A DNA stretch of 64,000 nucleotides, from positions 1 through 64,000 of the forward strand of contig JBEWZL010000238.1 in NCBI GenBank assembly GCA_045837725.1, written 5' to 3'. Position numbers and translations under genes: made by a program. This document shows, piece by piece, positions 33,650 through 46,789 of this stretch (position 1 is the stretch's first letter; every line of letters starts with the position of its first letter). The notes under the pieces were generated by a model, which made no database searches, was not told the DNA's origin, and worked only from the letters and a program-made list of their open reading frames with translations. Origin of the DNA: Vermamoeba vermiformis (taxonomy: Eukaryota).

Positions 33650-34545
33650 ATTACTTGTTGATTTACGTAATGTTACGCACGTTACTTAATCCAGGAGTTA
33701 TATTATATAAAACTACTGCTTTAAAGTAAAAAGTTAAGTAACGCCAAATTCGGCAGTTTTTGACCAAAGTTTGACCTGTTTCACGAAAAAATCGACTTCA
33801 TGAAGAAAAAGCACCATTTTTTTCGGTCAACTCACTCCACGGTACCGTACATTGCTACACCAACCTTTTGCCATAGTACATTGTGTTGCACATTCGCAAG
33901 CGTCATCTTTTTGTACACCTTGAGTACGCAATAATGACGCCGAGAAGTGGTCAATAAGAGCAATACAAAGCGATCAAGACCGATTTTGCTGGATAAAATC
34001 GTTTTACAAGCATATACCGCAAATTATTGACCAATGTTGTGTTCAATACACATTAATATCATGGTATTAAAGCGTGGTGATGTTTGCCAAAGGAAGGGTA
34101 AATAAAGGATCCGAGTAAGCAAAAGGATCAACGGAGTTGCCTTCATGAGACGCCGCTTTAAGCTCAATTAATTACATGACGTTAAATGTACGCACAACTG
34201 CGAGCAGCCAAGCAAGAACAAAGGAGTTCTATTTATAGGAATTGCGGATCTCCGTACATATTTCTCTGTTCGAACTGAAAGCGAGAGCATGCTTTTATAT
34301 AACCTAAGGAACTTACTATGACTCCTCTTTACCAACAATACGATTTTTTATTCAAGGGTTTTTTATTCAACTTAAGCATTTTGTTCTTTAATTAATGCAT
34401 CTACGCCAACGAATGGTATGAAATCCGATACTACTTACCGCAGAGCATCGTCGAGTACGAACTAATGGCAAATAGGTGCGCAACAAGTTTTGTTTAGTTT
34501 TGCCGAGCAACGTGAATTGCTCCTGAGTTTGTACCAATACAACGG
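33650..34545 (+). repeat. Dispersed ~0.9 kb non-coding repeat, copy 1 (likely non-autonomous element)
   Basis: Long near-identical blocks shared with 46790-47765, e.g. tttgaccaaagtttgacc..ttcacgaaaaaatcgacttcatgaa and tttaagctcaattaattacatgacg...ctcctcttt. Confidence 0.9.
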
Positions 34546-35688
34546 ACTCGTTATGTGATTCTGAATGTTTTCTGGGTTTGGGAAATATTTGGGAACGAAT
34601 CCAGACTTCATGAACCAAACTTGTTTCCAAGCCGAAACCTTTTTTCATAGAGAACATCCGCAATACCACACATCTAAGTGAAAACAGAGAGAATCTGATC
34701 GTGCACCCAATCCCAATGCTTACCGAACTGTTATGAATTGGCTAAGTAACATTGAAATGCGACCACTGCATCCGACAACTGTTAACGTACACGAACCCAG
34801 TACAAGGTGTGAAGAGTGTGATTTACTTATTGAAGTTCAACGTATTCCGAATGTTTTCGGAGTTTAAACGATTCCGAATTGCTACTTTCATGAAGCAAAA
34901 CTGTAATTATTGTTATCGGCCTTGTACAAGGCCATCGAGCGTTTTACTACACAGTGCACTATGTACCCAACATGCTCGATACTGTCAAGACCGGCTATAA
35001 TAGGGCTCCTAAGGGTTAGCTTAATCCTGGATTAGGGTCTGAAATCGAAAATAAAAAAAAAAGGAGTTTCAAATTCGACTTTCATTAATGCTATTATCCG
35101 TGACACCATTTAACACCCTACAAGATCGTCGCCGAGCGATGAGGAAACCAATCGCGAGCCAAGACCAATCTGATCGGCATTTTTGGTACAGGGATCATTT
35201 CGCCCGAAAACATTGGTGTTTCCTTGCTCGAATGCATTATTCGCAATGCATGCATTATTTTAAACAAACGGTTCTCGCTCAGTTAGAGACTACGTCCATT
35301 CAATATCTATTAGTGTTTAATAAGAGCAGATCTCGTTGACAATATAATACAATTTGAACAACTTGAATACGTATTCCCGCCGTCAGTACTCGACGTTCTC
35401 TTCAATGGAGAACCAGTACTTACCATGCAGACCCAATGATGGGCGGTGTTGCGCGCGAGTCTCAAAATAGACTTTGTAATCGCTACTACTACGTGAGCTG
35501 TCGTGCTTCTTGGTGGCCAGGCTTAGTTTCTGATTAGGAGTCAGGAGTCAGGAGGACCGATTGCCAATTTAGGTAACAACGACTTTTACCTGCCACGTGC
35601 CTTTGAGTCTCACGAATAACAATGCCGTGAGTAGGGAATGCTATTTATAAATTACCCACAGTATGGTCATGCAAAACTACCAACTTTA

Positions 35689-36318
35689 CTAATATACACT
35701 TGCACGAACAATACGCAAATCTTCGCTGGGTCTGTCACTCTTGTCAGTGGTCACTTTGCCCATCAAATACAAGATGCGCATGCCCGAAGACACGCGGCCA
35801 AATATTGAGTGCTTGCCGTCGAGCCACGGACACGGCGCGAGTGTCAAAAAGAACTGGCTGCCGTTAGTTTTGGTACCGACGCCACTGTTTGCCATCGATA
35901 ATATGCCCGCCCCTGTGTGCTTCAACTCGCGGGTGATTTCGTCTTCGAATCCTTTGCCGTAAATAGACTCGCCGCCTCGTCCTGTGCCTGTTGGATCACC
36001 ACCTTGCACGATAAAGTCCTGTGAAAAAGCAAAGAAAAAGAATTAATTAATGCAAAGTAAATTATTACAGTACTTATAATACTGATGTCCGCTAATAAAG
36101 GGTAAAGCGAACCAACAACCAAATAATTAGCTAAACATAATTTTTTATTTTCATTAACATACCTTAATTAGCCTATGGAACACTGTATTATCGTAATATC
36201 CTCGCTTGGCTAGCTCATAAAAATTTTTGCACGTCTTTGGGGCGTGATCCCAATACAACTCGAGTGTGATCGGACCGTACGTAGTTTCTAATAGCACTGC
36301 GCCCTTATTCTGAGACAT
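35689..36318 (-). CDS. PPIL1: Cyclophilin-type peptidyl-prolyl isomerase, PPIL1-like (1 intron)
   Basis: [72 protein letters not shown]. Confidence 0.9.
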
Positions 36319-36463
36319 ACTATTATATATTCCAGAAGAAATAATAATTAACCGCCTTGTGTGGCCGTGTCAAACAAAAAGTAATAGAATAAATTTGTTT
36401 TTTTCACCATCAAACCTAGCCGCGTCAACCACACGTTCCAATTTATAGGCTAAGGCAAAGAAA

Positions 36464-36637
36464 ATGTTCTTCACTACTTTTTTGCAAATGAAATACCGTT
36501 CAGCACTGAAGCTGATGTGCATCGGATGCAGATTTGTTAAAAGAGGCAAATATTCTTATGTAAAATGCTTGTCGCATGCCAATCACAAACAGAAGCAGAT
36601 TGCGACTTTTAAAAAGAAGAGTGGCAAATATAGATAA
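36464..36637 (+). CDS. Ribosomal protein bL36 (probably mitochondrial), 57 aa, absent from the ORF track
   Basis: MFFTTFLQ-MKYRSALKLMCIGCRFVKRGKYSYVKCLSHANHKQKQ has the C-x2-C...C-x5-H pattern of L36. Confidence 0.85.
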   Translation: MFFTTFLQMKYRSALKLMCIGCRFVKRGKYSYVKCLSHANHKQKQIATFKKKSGKYR

Positions 36638-36958
36638 GCGAGAAAATTAAATAATGAATTCAACAGCAATATTTTAAATGTAAGTAATTCAACTCTAAAT
36701 TATTCGTTGCTTATTTATTTGTTTGTTGTATGGAAGTGAATATTAATCGATTTTTTTTTTGCTATGACTAGACAGATGTGCCAATGAAACCAATTTTGTT
36801 AATACGCGCTAAATAAACATATCTATGTATAATTACTTGGTATTCCGTTATTAATGGTAACAACTTAATGTTCACGCGACGGGGCAGACTCGATTCGTGC
36901 GAGCGTTTTTCAACACTATTTTAAACAAACGAATCCAAACAACACACCATTATTCATT

Positions 36959-37820
36959 ATGGCAAATCACGGCCCCGTTTACGGTATGCACTGCTTGCAA
37001 TATCAGTATCATGTGCTTTATACACGCTGCTTTCTTCTTTGTTTGTCAAAGATACTGCACAGATGAAATATCTCGCGTAAACTACTTATGAATAATTCTG
37101 ATAATTATAACAAATATTAGGCTTGGACGCTGACTTGGAAAAGAAGCGCGCGGCAGGTTACAACAAGACTTTGGAGCAACAAGCTCAGAGATGGATCGAA
37201 GCTGTCGTTGGCGAGAAATTCCCCTCCGACTTCCACACCTCACTCAAGGACGGTCTTATTTTGTGCAAGTACGTCAGTTAATTTTATTGTCATTTACAAT
37301 TTATTTTGAATTTAATATGAGATTTACTCTGACGTGTTCGGTTAAAAATACCTTCTAATATATGCCACTAGACTTGCCAATAAGTTACGTCCAGGTAGTG
37401 TACCTCAAGTCGGCACTCAAAAGGCTCCGTTCATTCAGATGGTAGGCGTTTCAAAGATATTCAACTCAGTTAGTTAACTCACCCCGCTAATGCCAGGAAA
37501 ACATTGGTCGCTTCTTGAAGGCAGTGAGTGCTTATGGATTGCCCGCGACTGATCAATTTATGTGAGTATTTCGTTGCAGTGTTTTTCTCTGGTTCAATTT
37601 TGACGCCGCTAATGACTAGGACTGTGGACTTGTTCGAAGCGAAGAACATGAATCAAGTAAGCACGGTTACTATATGAACACTGTTGCACAATTGTATTAA
37701 TACTCGCGGTAGGTCGTTCAATGCATCCACGCCTTGGGTCGCTTGGCCAAGAAGAACGGCTTCACTGGCCCTCAACTCGAAACTGAAGTCGCAAAAGGTC
37801 AAGTGGATCCCTACAAATAA
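36959..37820 (+). CDS. Calponin/transgelin/myophilin-like single CH-domain protein, multi-exon
   Basis: MANHGPVY|GLD...AQRWIE...LKDGLILC|KLANKL...QM|ENIGRFL...F|MTVDLFEAKNMNQ|VVQCIHALG. Confidence 0.93.
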
Positions 37821-38101
37821 TTTGTGTGCTGCTTATTGTTGGGCCAGCATTGTGTATTGTTAGTAGCCTTGTTCTGAACCCTTATTAATAAAATACATGC
37901 GCTACACCTGATCGTCTGCAAGCCCTATTACATAAAACAGCATTTAATATGACCCATTAATTATTATGCGTGGTACCTTATGCGTAGTATGGTTGACAAG
38001 TGGCATTTGACGACGCTTTTTTCAATTACATTGTTGTTAACTCACCGATCTTGGCACCCAAACTTGATCGTTACTATCGAATTATAATTTGTCGCCTTAA
38101 T

Positions 38102-39200
38102 ATGTTACGAAACACCGTTAAGTTGTACCGTGTTGTGTCGCGATCCGCTCGATCCATTCAGCCGCAATGCAAACAAGTGCAGTCCATATTCCACAAAAAT
38201 TCTAGCAAAATTAGCGACGTTATTAAAGTAAGTTACGCGGTATTCGAATTGCCTGATCCAACAAAATTAATAATTAATTATTATTTTCATGAAGAAATCA
38301 GCCTATTTTTCACACAGAACGTTATTCACAAAGGAAGACAAGTCACCAAATTTATTAAGCGAAGAAGAGAAAAAACAATTCGAATCTGACTTTCACTCCA
38401 CCCCAAACGACGATTTAATTGAAAATGAACTGCAAGATGGACCTGCTGACATAGCCTTATCGCGAGGAAAAGAGTTTGGTACGTCGTCGCATAGTTTGAA
38501 GTCAGCCAGGGCTCATTTTTGATTGCAGAGGAGAACGGTCGCTTGGATGAGGCCTTGAAAGAATATTTGTTCGCGGTTAGTGTCGACCCCGAGAATATCG
38601 TCACACACTACACGACTGGCGTGCTGTACTTCAAACGGCGTAATTATCAAGAGGCGTTCAACCACTTCAAACGAGGCAAGTCCCTTTGCCCTGCAGCTGC
38701 CTTACTAACACATCCAGTCCAGCGTGCGAGATCAATCCGAGAGTCGTAGAAGTGCACAACAACCTCGGTCAATGCGCGGTCAAACTCAATCGCATGTCCG
38801 AAGCAGTCGAGTACATGCAACAGGCCGTCAAACTCTCCCCGAGCAATGTAGTAGGTACGTCACATCGCTGGTCTGAGTGGTGCTGAGTGGTGACTCATCG
38901 GTCTGAACAGCACATCTCAACCTCGCCAATGCGTACAATGCGCTCAAGAAGTACGGCCTGGCCAACAAACACTTCGTCAAAGCGATCGAGCTGAGTCCCA
39001 AAGAGCCCGTATCGCTCTTCACCTACGCCCAGTCACTGCGCGAACAAGAGAAGTACGAGCGCGCCATTGCGTTCTACAAACTCGCAGCCAAATACAGTCC
39101 CAAAGAGGCGGAGGAAATTGGTCAGTTAATTGAGCTCTGTTTCAAACAGATGACCAGTCAAATGGGCATTCCAAATAAGGACGAACAGGCTGCCAAATAA
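38102..39200 (+). CDS. TPR-repeat protein with a mitochondrial-presequence-like N-terminus
   Basis: Repeated TPR motifs (HYTTGVLYF, HNNLGQC, HLNLANAY, LFTYAQSL) across exons. Arg/Ser-rich N-terminus. Confidence 0.8.
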
Positions 39201-39266
39201 TGCGCGTGTTCTCAAAGAAATGCAAATAAATCAATTCATGCCGAGTTCTTTCAAATAGTATCGCAG

Positions 39267-41333
39267 CTATTTGCGCTTTATTTTGACGGCACTTTTTTTC
39301 TTTGGTTTCTCCGCGTCACTCTTTCTGTCTCTCGTTGCAGCATTGATTCTATAACCAACAGTAAGTCATGCAGAATAGTCGCGAACAATACACCTACCTA
39401 TCTAAATAAAACAGATCGCCCCAAAACGATTTGCGAGCGTATTTAAATGCTTTGTCAGATTTGGGTACAATGTCGCGCGCGAGAAGTCCTTAAGTCAAAC
39501 CATTGGATTAGTTATTGGATTACTTATTTGATTAATTATCGCTCGACAAGGCTAAATTTACCTTTGGGCGTGCATGTGTCCACAATGATATGCCCTCCTC
39601 GCTTCAGTGGTTGCCGGATCAAGCGAGACCATTGCAAGCCCTTATTGTCGCGTGTATCTAATTGCCACAACAATGAATATGTCGCCCCATATATTAAGTC
39701 ACTTCATACCTTCCAATGTATCGCGGATCTTGCCTTTTGAAAATGCAATGTACGAGAACTTTTCATTCTCCCAATTTCGACTAATCTGCACATGACGCGG
39801 CATTAGTATCAATGCAATATATATATATATAGTAGTCGCCCTATTACAACTTACATCACTCTTTGCAGACTTCATCAAGTTCATGCGTTCAATGCGCTGC
39901 ACAAAGTGACACCACGAGTTGTTGGGCATGGGACAGCTCATCGCGTGCGGACACTGGCACATTGTCAGTCACTATTACCATATTTGTACCTAGCCGTGCA
40001 GTGCACGTGTAACTCACCGGTGCGAGCAGTGTCGGTGCCAGTGCGTCAGTCGGCTCCAGCAGTTCGGTCAACATCATGCGTGCCGTGCGTACGATTTTGA
40101 ATCCAATTGGCGTGCCTGGCTCTACAATCACCTGCGACACGTGTCAAACACAATTTTACTAAATAAGGCAATCGTACCAAGATGCCACCAGGCTCGACTT
40201 GTTCCCACAAGGTCTTCACTACGTCTTTGCGCGCAGCATCTGAAACTAACTCGCTCAACGCTGCGAACACTCTTAGTGTCTATTCTTATGCATATATATA
40301 TATAAGGGCGTATTATGCATAATAGCGCCACTTACAGTACGAAGCAATCACCAGCGAGTACTGGAATGGACGTGCCAAATGCAAGTATTTTCGTCGTTCA
40401 ATGGGCAGATCTGACAAGGATTATTAGTGCTGCATTAAAAGACTATATTTGATAGTATATAGTTACCGTAAAGCAGCTTCTGATTAATCATGGTCATGCC
40501 GTCTGAAGGCTCGATCGCAACAATACGATCAGTCGTTTTAGGCCACAGCTCTCGAATAGCCCACAATGCAGTGCCTGGTCCGGATCCAAAGTCGAGTACT
40601 GACACGGGTCTATATTTAGGATAGCGCGCTTTGAGCTGTGGTTGGATGTACTGTCAGCCCTGGATCTGTCTGAACTCATTGAACTTACCTCACTTAGCAC
40701 ACGATAATTGCAACCAAATATGCCCGGTAGTCTATGTGCTATATATGCATTCGCTTCGTTCTCGTTGTACTGCGCAGGCTCGACATTCACACTGACAGAT
40801 GTGCTCTTTTCATCGTCATCGAGATTGTTGCGGTAGATCTTTTGCTGACCTTCTATGTCTTTGACTAACAACGTGCGGGCATGTTGTCTATTAGATTAAT
40901 ATATTAATTGGGCTGGTAACTCTTCAGCGGATCGCGATCGGATCGTACTTTTTAGCGATAGGTTCTGTCGTTCTTGCGCGCAATAATTCGCTTAAATTAG
41001 CAGAATCTCGTTTTAGCCATGCCCTAGGATAGTCTTTATACGATAGTCAATAATTATTAAAAAGCGAATAAAGACAAAATAATTACCGTGCAATACGGCA
41101 TAAATGCGCTTCTGCAATTCTGGAGGCAATTGGACAGTGCCCACGCGTAATTTAATAGCTGGGTCATTCACATCAATTTTTGGAGTGCGCAATTGTGAAG
41201 TGACTACATCTACATCTGCTTCATTTTCAGTCTGCTCCTTCTGTGTTGCAATGAATCGCTTGACCAATATCACCAATGAACTGCGTGAGGTGCGTGGTCT
41301 GCGCAGCACTGCACACTTCACCGTCGTCAACAT
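39267..41333 (-). CDS. METTL17: Mitochondrial small-subunit assembly methyltransferase Rsm22/METTL17, multi-exon
   Basis: AYIAHRLPG, VLDFGSGPGT, LVIVEPGTPIGF, CPHAMSCP, WCHFVQR, ENEKFSYI. The 3' end is approximate. Confidence 0.88.
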
Positions 41334-41405
41334 GGCGCAGGAATGGACGCGACTGTTATTTTACAACTTTATTACAATTTTACAAGGAGCCTTTCAGTGC
41401 GCGCA

Positions 41406-44044
41406 TTACTCCGTCATAGGCACCGATGACTCGCCCAAGAATGATTTGAGGTTGTCACTCACCTCGCGCACGAGCTGTTGTTCGGTCGGAGTGACCAGAT
41501 TCGGATCTCCTCCACGCTCCTCCTGCATGGCTTGCAGCTTGAGCAGTGCACTCTGATTCGCATGCAGCAGCGTGTCCTTGCGCGCGACTACAGTGGCATT
41601 GAGAGTGGGCAGTGGTCCAGCGACGGGCAGGTCTCCGTCCAGCTTGCCGAGCAGTGCACTCAGCGCCGAGACATCGACACCGAGCTGTGCTGCGTTCTGC
41701 AGTGCTGATTTGAGCTCCGCGGGACTGGTGCCGAGTGTGTTCGAGGAGGTGAGCACTGGTGCGCGTGTCGAGGACTGTGCGCTCTCCCCGTGCGGTGCGG
41801 CAGTGGGACCAGTGCGCAGCTCCGCGATGAACTTGCGCACACGTGACTGCGCGGTGGCATCGAGCGAGTGCACAAAGTGTTCGAGACTAGCGGGGTAGGA
41901 CACATCGTTGATGGGCAGCTTGATGATCTGCGGTGCGACAATGTGCGTGGAAGTGGTCGGTGTGTTCGCGGTGAAGGCGACAAAATTGGACACGTAGGGC
42001 GAGAGGAACTGATTGGACGCTCTGCTCGTGATGAGCGGGGTGTATTGGTGACTCAGCGGATTGGTGGCGTGAGCTGCGCGCGAATGCAGTCCTGGTGGAA
42101 GTTGTGAGCCAGGAGCGGGGGTGAGTGTGACGGGCACGGTCGGGTAGGGTGACTTGATCTGGCGCGTGGCTTGGAACATGTGCGCGGTGCTGAGTGACGA
42201 GCGCGGTGGCAGCATGACACCACTGCTCATCTCGGGCACGGGCTGGTGATGTGCTGTGGCGGGTGCTGATGATTGCGTGCCTGCAAATTTGCGTTTGACG
42301 AGATCACTGACACGACCAACCTCACTGTGCGCACTCTTCTTGGTGGTGTGGCTCTCACTCTCGCTCTCACGGTCACGCTCTCGCTCGCGCTCTCGAGTCT
42401 CGCGCTTGGTGGTGATGTTGGCAAGTGCCGCGGCATTGACCGCATCGAGGTGCAGTGCGAGGTCATTGGGCTCGAGTCGCTTGGTCCACCTCTCAATCAA
42501 CTGCTTGCCCTCGCGCAGCAACCGTCGCGCCTCTTTGTGCCACGGTGTGCTCGCGCGGTTGTATTCCATGGCGTTCTTGCATATCAGTTCAAAGTCCTTT
42601 TGAAAGCTCACCAGTGTCGGGTACTCGTTGTTGTTGAGTTTTTCCGCCATCTTGTCGAACCACATGGGCTGTGTGATGATCTCGAAGTAATTCGGTGCCA
42701 CCTCCTCGGTGATCTCGTGTCTGTAATAAGCATTCACATCGCGCGCCGTGAGTTCAGTGAGCAGCTGACGCATCACTTCGCTCATTGGCAGCTTGGGCAG
42801 ACTAGCAAAGTCACTCTCGCTCTCACGCTCGCTGGTGTGCTCTTCGCTCTGTTCGTCCAAGTCCATGCGCGCGCGTTTGTTTCTGCGCGGTGTCTCCACA
42901 TCCTCATCGTGCGACTCTTCGTCGAGATCGTACAGCGCTTTTCTCTTGCGCGTGGCAGTTGAGGGTGTCGCGGCACTCTCTTCTTTGTCCCTGGAGGGGA
43001 ATGCAATCTTGAGTTTGAGCTGTGGCTTGGGTGTCTCTGCTTGTTTCAAGCGCTCCACTTCCTCCACAAACACTTGGCGCGGTATTTTGAAAGTCAACTT
43101 GGTCTTCAACACAAATTTGGGACGTGCAACTGGTGGAGAAGTGACAGGCGGAGGATTGACAGGTGTCACAGTGGGTGTTGTGTGAACGGTGGGTGGCGTG
43201 GGGGGTGGTGCAGTGCCTGGCTTGGCGAGCGGCTTGATGGTGATGGTGCGTCCTCCAGAGGTTACGGTGAGCGTCATGGGCTTGGGAGGGACATTGGCAG
43301 TACCAGGGACTGTGCTGGGAACTGTGCTAGCGACAGTACTGGGGACAGTGGCAGTGCTATGAACTGTGCTAGGAACTGTGCTAGGAGCTGTGCTAGAGAC
43401 AGTACTGGGGACATTGGCAGTGCTGGGAACTGTGCTATGAACAGTGCTAGGTACAGCAGCGGGAGTGGGTGTCACAGTGGAAGGTGCGGCAGTGACGTGC
43501 TGTACAGACAATGGTGTTACAGATGTGTGCGTGCTGTCAGTGACTGGAGGCACATGACTGATGAGTGGCACTGACTCGCTGCTCGCAGTGGAGAGGGGTG
43601 CAGTGGAGAGGGGTGCAGTGTGACTCGACACGGTGCTCTGTGGTGGAGCACTCGACTGTGGCACGGACGTGTGTGTAGCAGTGCTGACGCTCACTGTGCT
43701 CGGCAGTGCAGCACTAGCGATGGTAGTACTGGGCACTGTGCTCGCACTCACGATCGGTGCTGAACCAGTGCTCGGACCTTTGTTGATCTTCAGCACTAAT
43801 CGCTTGACTGGTTCAGCTGGTGTTGGTGGATGATCTAAATCACAATTAGCATGATGTAGCTCCTCAAGTTTGGGTTAGGAGTAGATCGCGATAATTGAAT
43901 ATTTAATTAAATGCGTCTTTGGCATCTTATATCATTAAATGCTATTAAATTAGCATATATATTTAATTAATAGAATTTTATTTAATTATTATTCCATTCG
44001 CGATTGGAACTTTAGAAAAGTTGGTTACCTTGCGGATTGCTCAT
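41406..44044 (-). CDS. Bromodomain protein (BRD7/BRD9-like architecture) with Thr/Ser/Pro-rich repeats
   Basis: APNYFEIITQPMWF...DFELICKNAMEYN bromodomain and TVPS repeats. A short first exon at 44044 is inferred. Confidence 0.85.
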
Positions 44045-44243
44045 GTCGCTGTTAATGAGAGCAATGTGATGTCGATGAATTAATAATACTTGTAATTTAG
44101 TTTGTTGTTGGTGGTGTTAGTTTCATCGGTGTGCGTCGCCTGGCTGACCGGAGAAATAATTATCGACAGAACAACCATTTTGTTTTTTACTAGGCCTTGC
44201 AATAACCACACTGCATATACCGAGTTATTGGTGTTAATTAAGC

Positions 44244-45642
44244 ATGAGCGACGGTGAGTAGAACTGCTGCAACACAGATGCGCCCGATAACGGCTAACTA
44301 ATATCAATTGACCCAAAAAGATATTGTGGTGACGTGCAGTGCCCCCATTAATATGGCAGTAGTTAAATACTGGGGCAAGGATAATGAAGACCTCATTATT
44401 CCCTGCAACAACTCGATCAGCGCCACTCTTGATTGGAAGCGCATGCACTCCAAGACAACTATTATGGCTAGCAAACAATTCACCGAAGATAAATTTTGGT
44501 TGAATAATAAGTAAGAATTTTAGACTGCATTGATTTAATTAACAAACGTGGATCATGTTTTTGGATCTGATCTCCTTAAAATGCCACCTCTAGCGAGTAT
44601 TAGTAACACATCTTTCAGGGAAGTTGCCCTCAACACTCGTTTGCAACGCTGCATTGCTGCCGCTAGACAACGGTAAGTCAGTTTGAAGAGATCGCGCGGC
44701 ATTGCTCACCAACAAATCCCTTGCAGTGCGCAACAAGATCACCCCGACAAGGACATGAGTGGCTACAAGCTGCACATTGTCAGCAAGAACAACTTCCCCA
44801 CCGCTGCCGGTCTCGCCTCTTCAGCCTCAGGTCTCGCCTGTCTCGCCTTCACCTTAGGACAGGTGTTCAATTTGCAAGGCGATATCTCCACTCTCGCGCG
44901 CGTGGGTTCTGGCAGCGCATGTCGCAGCATGTACGGCGGCTTTGTCGAGTGGGAGAAGGGCGGTCAAGCAGCTGATGGCAGCGACAGTCGCGCGGTTCAA
45001 CTGCACGATGCCGCGCACTGGTCCGAGCTGGTCGTGTTCGTGTTCGTAGTGAACGGCGAGAAGAAGGACGTGAGCAGCACTGACGGCATGCGACGCACGG
45101 TCAAAGAGAGCAAGCGATTCCAAGCACGCTTGCAGCACTTGCCACAGACCTTGGCGACCATGCGCGAGGCCATCAAGAACAAGGACTTTGATCTCTTTGC
45201 CCGCACCACCATGACGGACTCGGACGACTTCCACGCCTGCTGCGAGGAGGTGCAAGTCAACTACCTGTCGCAGAACAGTCGCGCGATCATTCGTGCCGTG
45301 CAGCACTACAATCAAGGCTCCAAGCCCCTCAAGGTCGCGTACACCTTCGATGCTGGACCAAATGCCGTGCTCTTCACCACACAACAAGACGCGCGCGATG
45401 TATTGGCCTACATGACCACGCACTTCCCGCCAGCTGAGGGTCAGAGCTTGGGCGAGTTCATTCTCGACTCGGATCTCAAGTGGCGCGAACAGATCGTAGA
45501 GAACGGCAAGTCGAGCACCACGTTCAGCGAAACACATCCTGGCGCAGTCAAGTACGTCATTCCCACCTCTGTCGGAGAGGGTCCGCAAGTCAATGCTGCC
45601 AGCGAGGCCCTGATTGACACCAAGACTGGTTTGCCGCTTTAA
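44244..45642 (+). CDS. MVD: Diphosphomevalonate decarboxylase
   Basis: [44 protein letters not shown]. Confidence 0.96.
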
Positions 45643-45696
45643 AACAATAAAAACAATTGTTGGACTATTTTGGATGTAATATTTCAGTGCATTAGC

Positions 45697-46357
45697 ATGG
45701 CAGGTCAACCTATTGATATCACTACACTCAATCCTGAGCAGTTGTCGTTGTTAAAGAAAGATCTTGAAGAGGTTTTCGAGCCCCACTTACTCTCCACGCT
45801 CAGAACTAATTTTAATAATTTACTAGGAGGTCGATTTCTTAACACAATCATTTGTACAACTCCGTTCTGCCAGTAACAAATTTATGGAAGCTGGTGAAGC
45901 ATTAGATGATCTCAAAAAAGAAAATGAAGGTAATAATGAAGGCCATTAATTTATTTAAATCCATACAAGCGAAGCAATGCTTGTAGTAGATTGCTTATAT
46001 TATTTTTTGTCAGGCAAAGAAATTTTTATTCCTTTGACAAGCTCGGTAAGCGCTACAACTGTTCCCTTTGTTTTACCTATTCTAGACTTATATATATTAT
46101 TGCAGTTGTATGTGCCTGGTACGTTATCACAAACTAGCACAGTCCTGATCGATATCGGAACTGGCTACCTGATCGAACACAACATTGCCTCAGCTAAGGA
46201 CTACACCACCCGTCGCGCAAAAGACATCAACGGCAGTGCAGAGAAGTTGCAACAGTCGATTGAACAGAAGCAGAAGAGTCTCTCTATCGTCACGCAAGTA
46301 CTGCAGGCAAAGATCATGCAGCTGCAGCAAGGACAAGCGCCGCAATTGGCCAAGTAA
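45697..46357 (+). CDS. PFDN5: Prefoldin subunit 5 (alpha type), multi-exon
   Basis: IDITTLNPEQL, EIFIPLTSS|LYVPG, VLIDIGTGY. Confidence 0.92.
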
Positions 46358-46789
46358 TGTCTGAAGTATTAGTGCATGGATTGAATGTATATAAATCATG
46401 ATTTATTAATCGTAAGGTCGTGCGTATAAAGCGGAACCGCTCCGCTGGAGTATTATCCCAAGTACAGGCCGAAATTGAAAGCCTGCTTCTACAATACGAT
46501 ATCGCGAACTATACCACTCTTTGCAGCGTTACTGGATTTGTACTGCCAAACAACCTCTTTTACATTAGCGAACGGCGGATTTTGTAAACGTAACGCCAAA
46601 TTCGGCAGTCTCCGTTTCGAAAAAGTAACTTGCTGTTTCCCTTAAGCGATTGACCCAATGGTAACCAAGCCACAGAGTACCATGGTTGTACGTGTACGTT
46701 TTGTACCGAGTACTTGAAAACTGCCGAAACGCTTCAGCTACGTTTTAAAACCCTACGTATTGTTGTCAAGTGTTGTAAGCTTCTACAAA

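Noticed and set aside
34600-35640. tRNA or other ncRNA in the intergenic region
   Set aside because: Short palindromes and a GGAGTCA repeat are present, but no cloverleaf or recognisable RNA motif.
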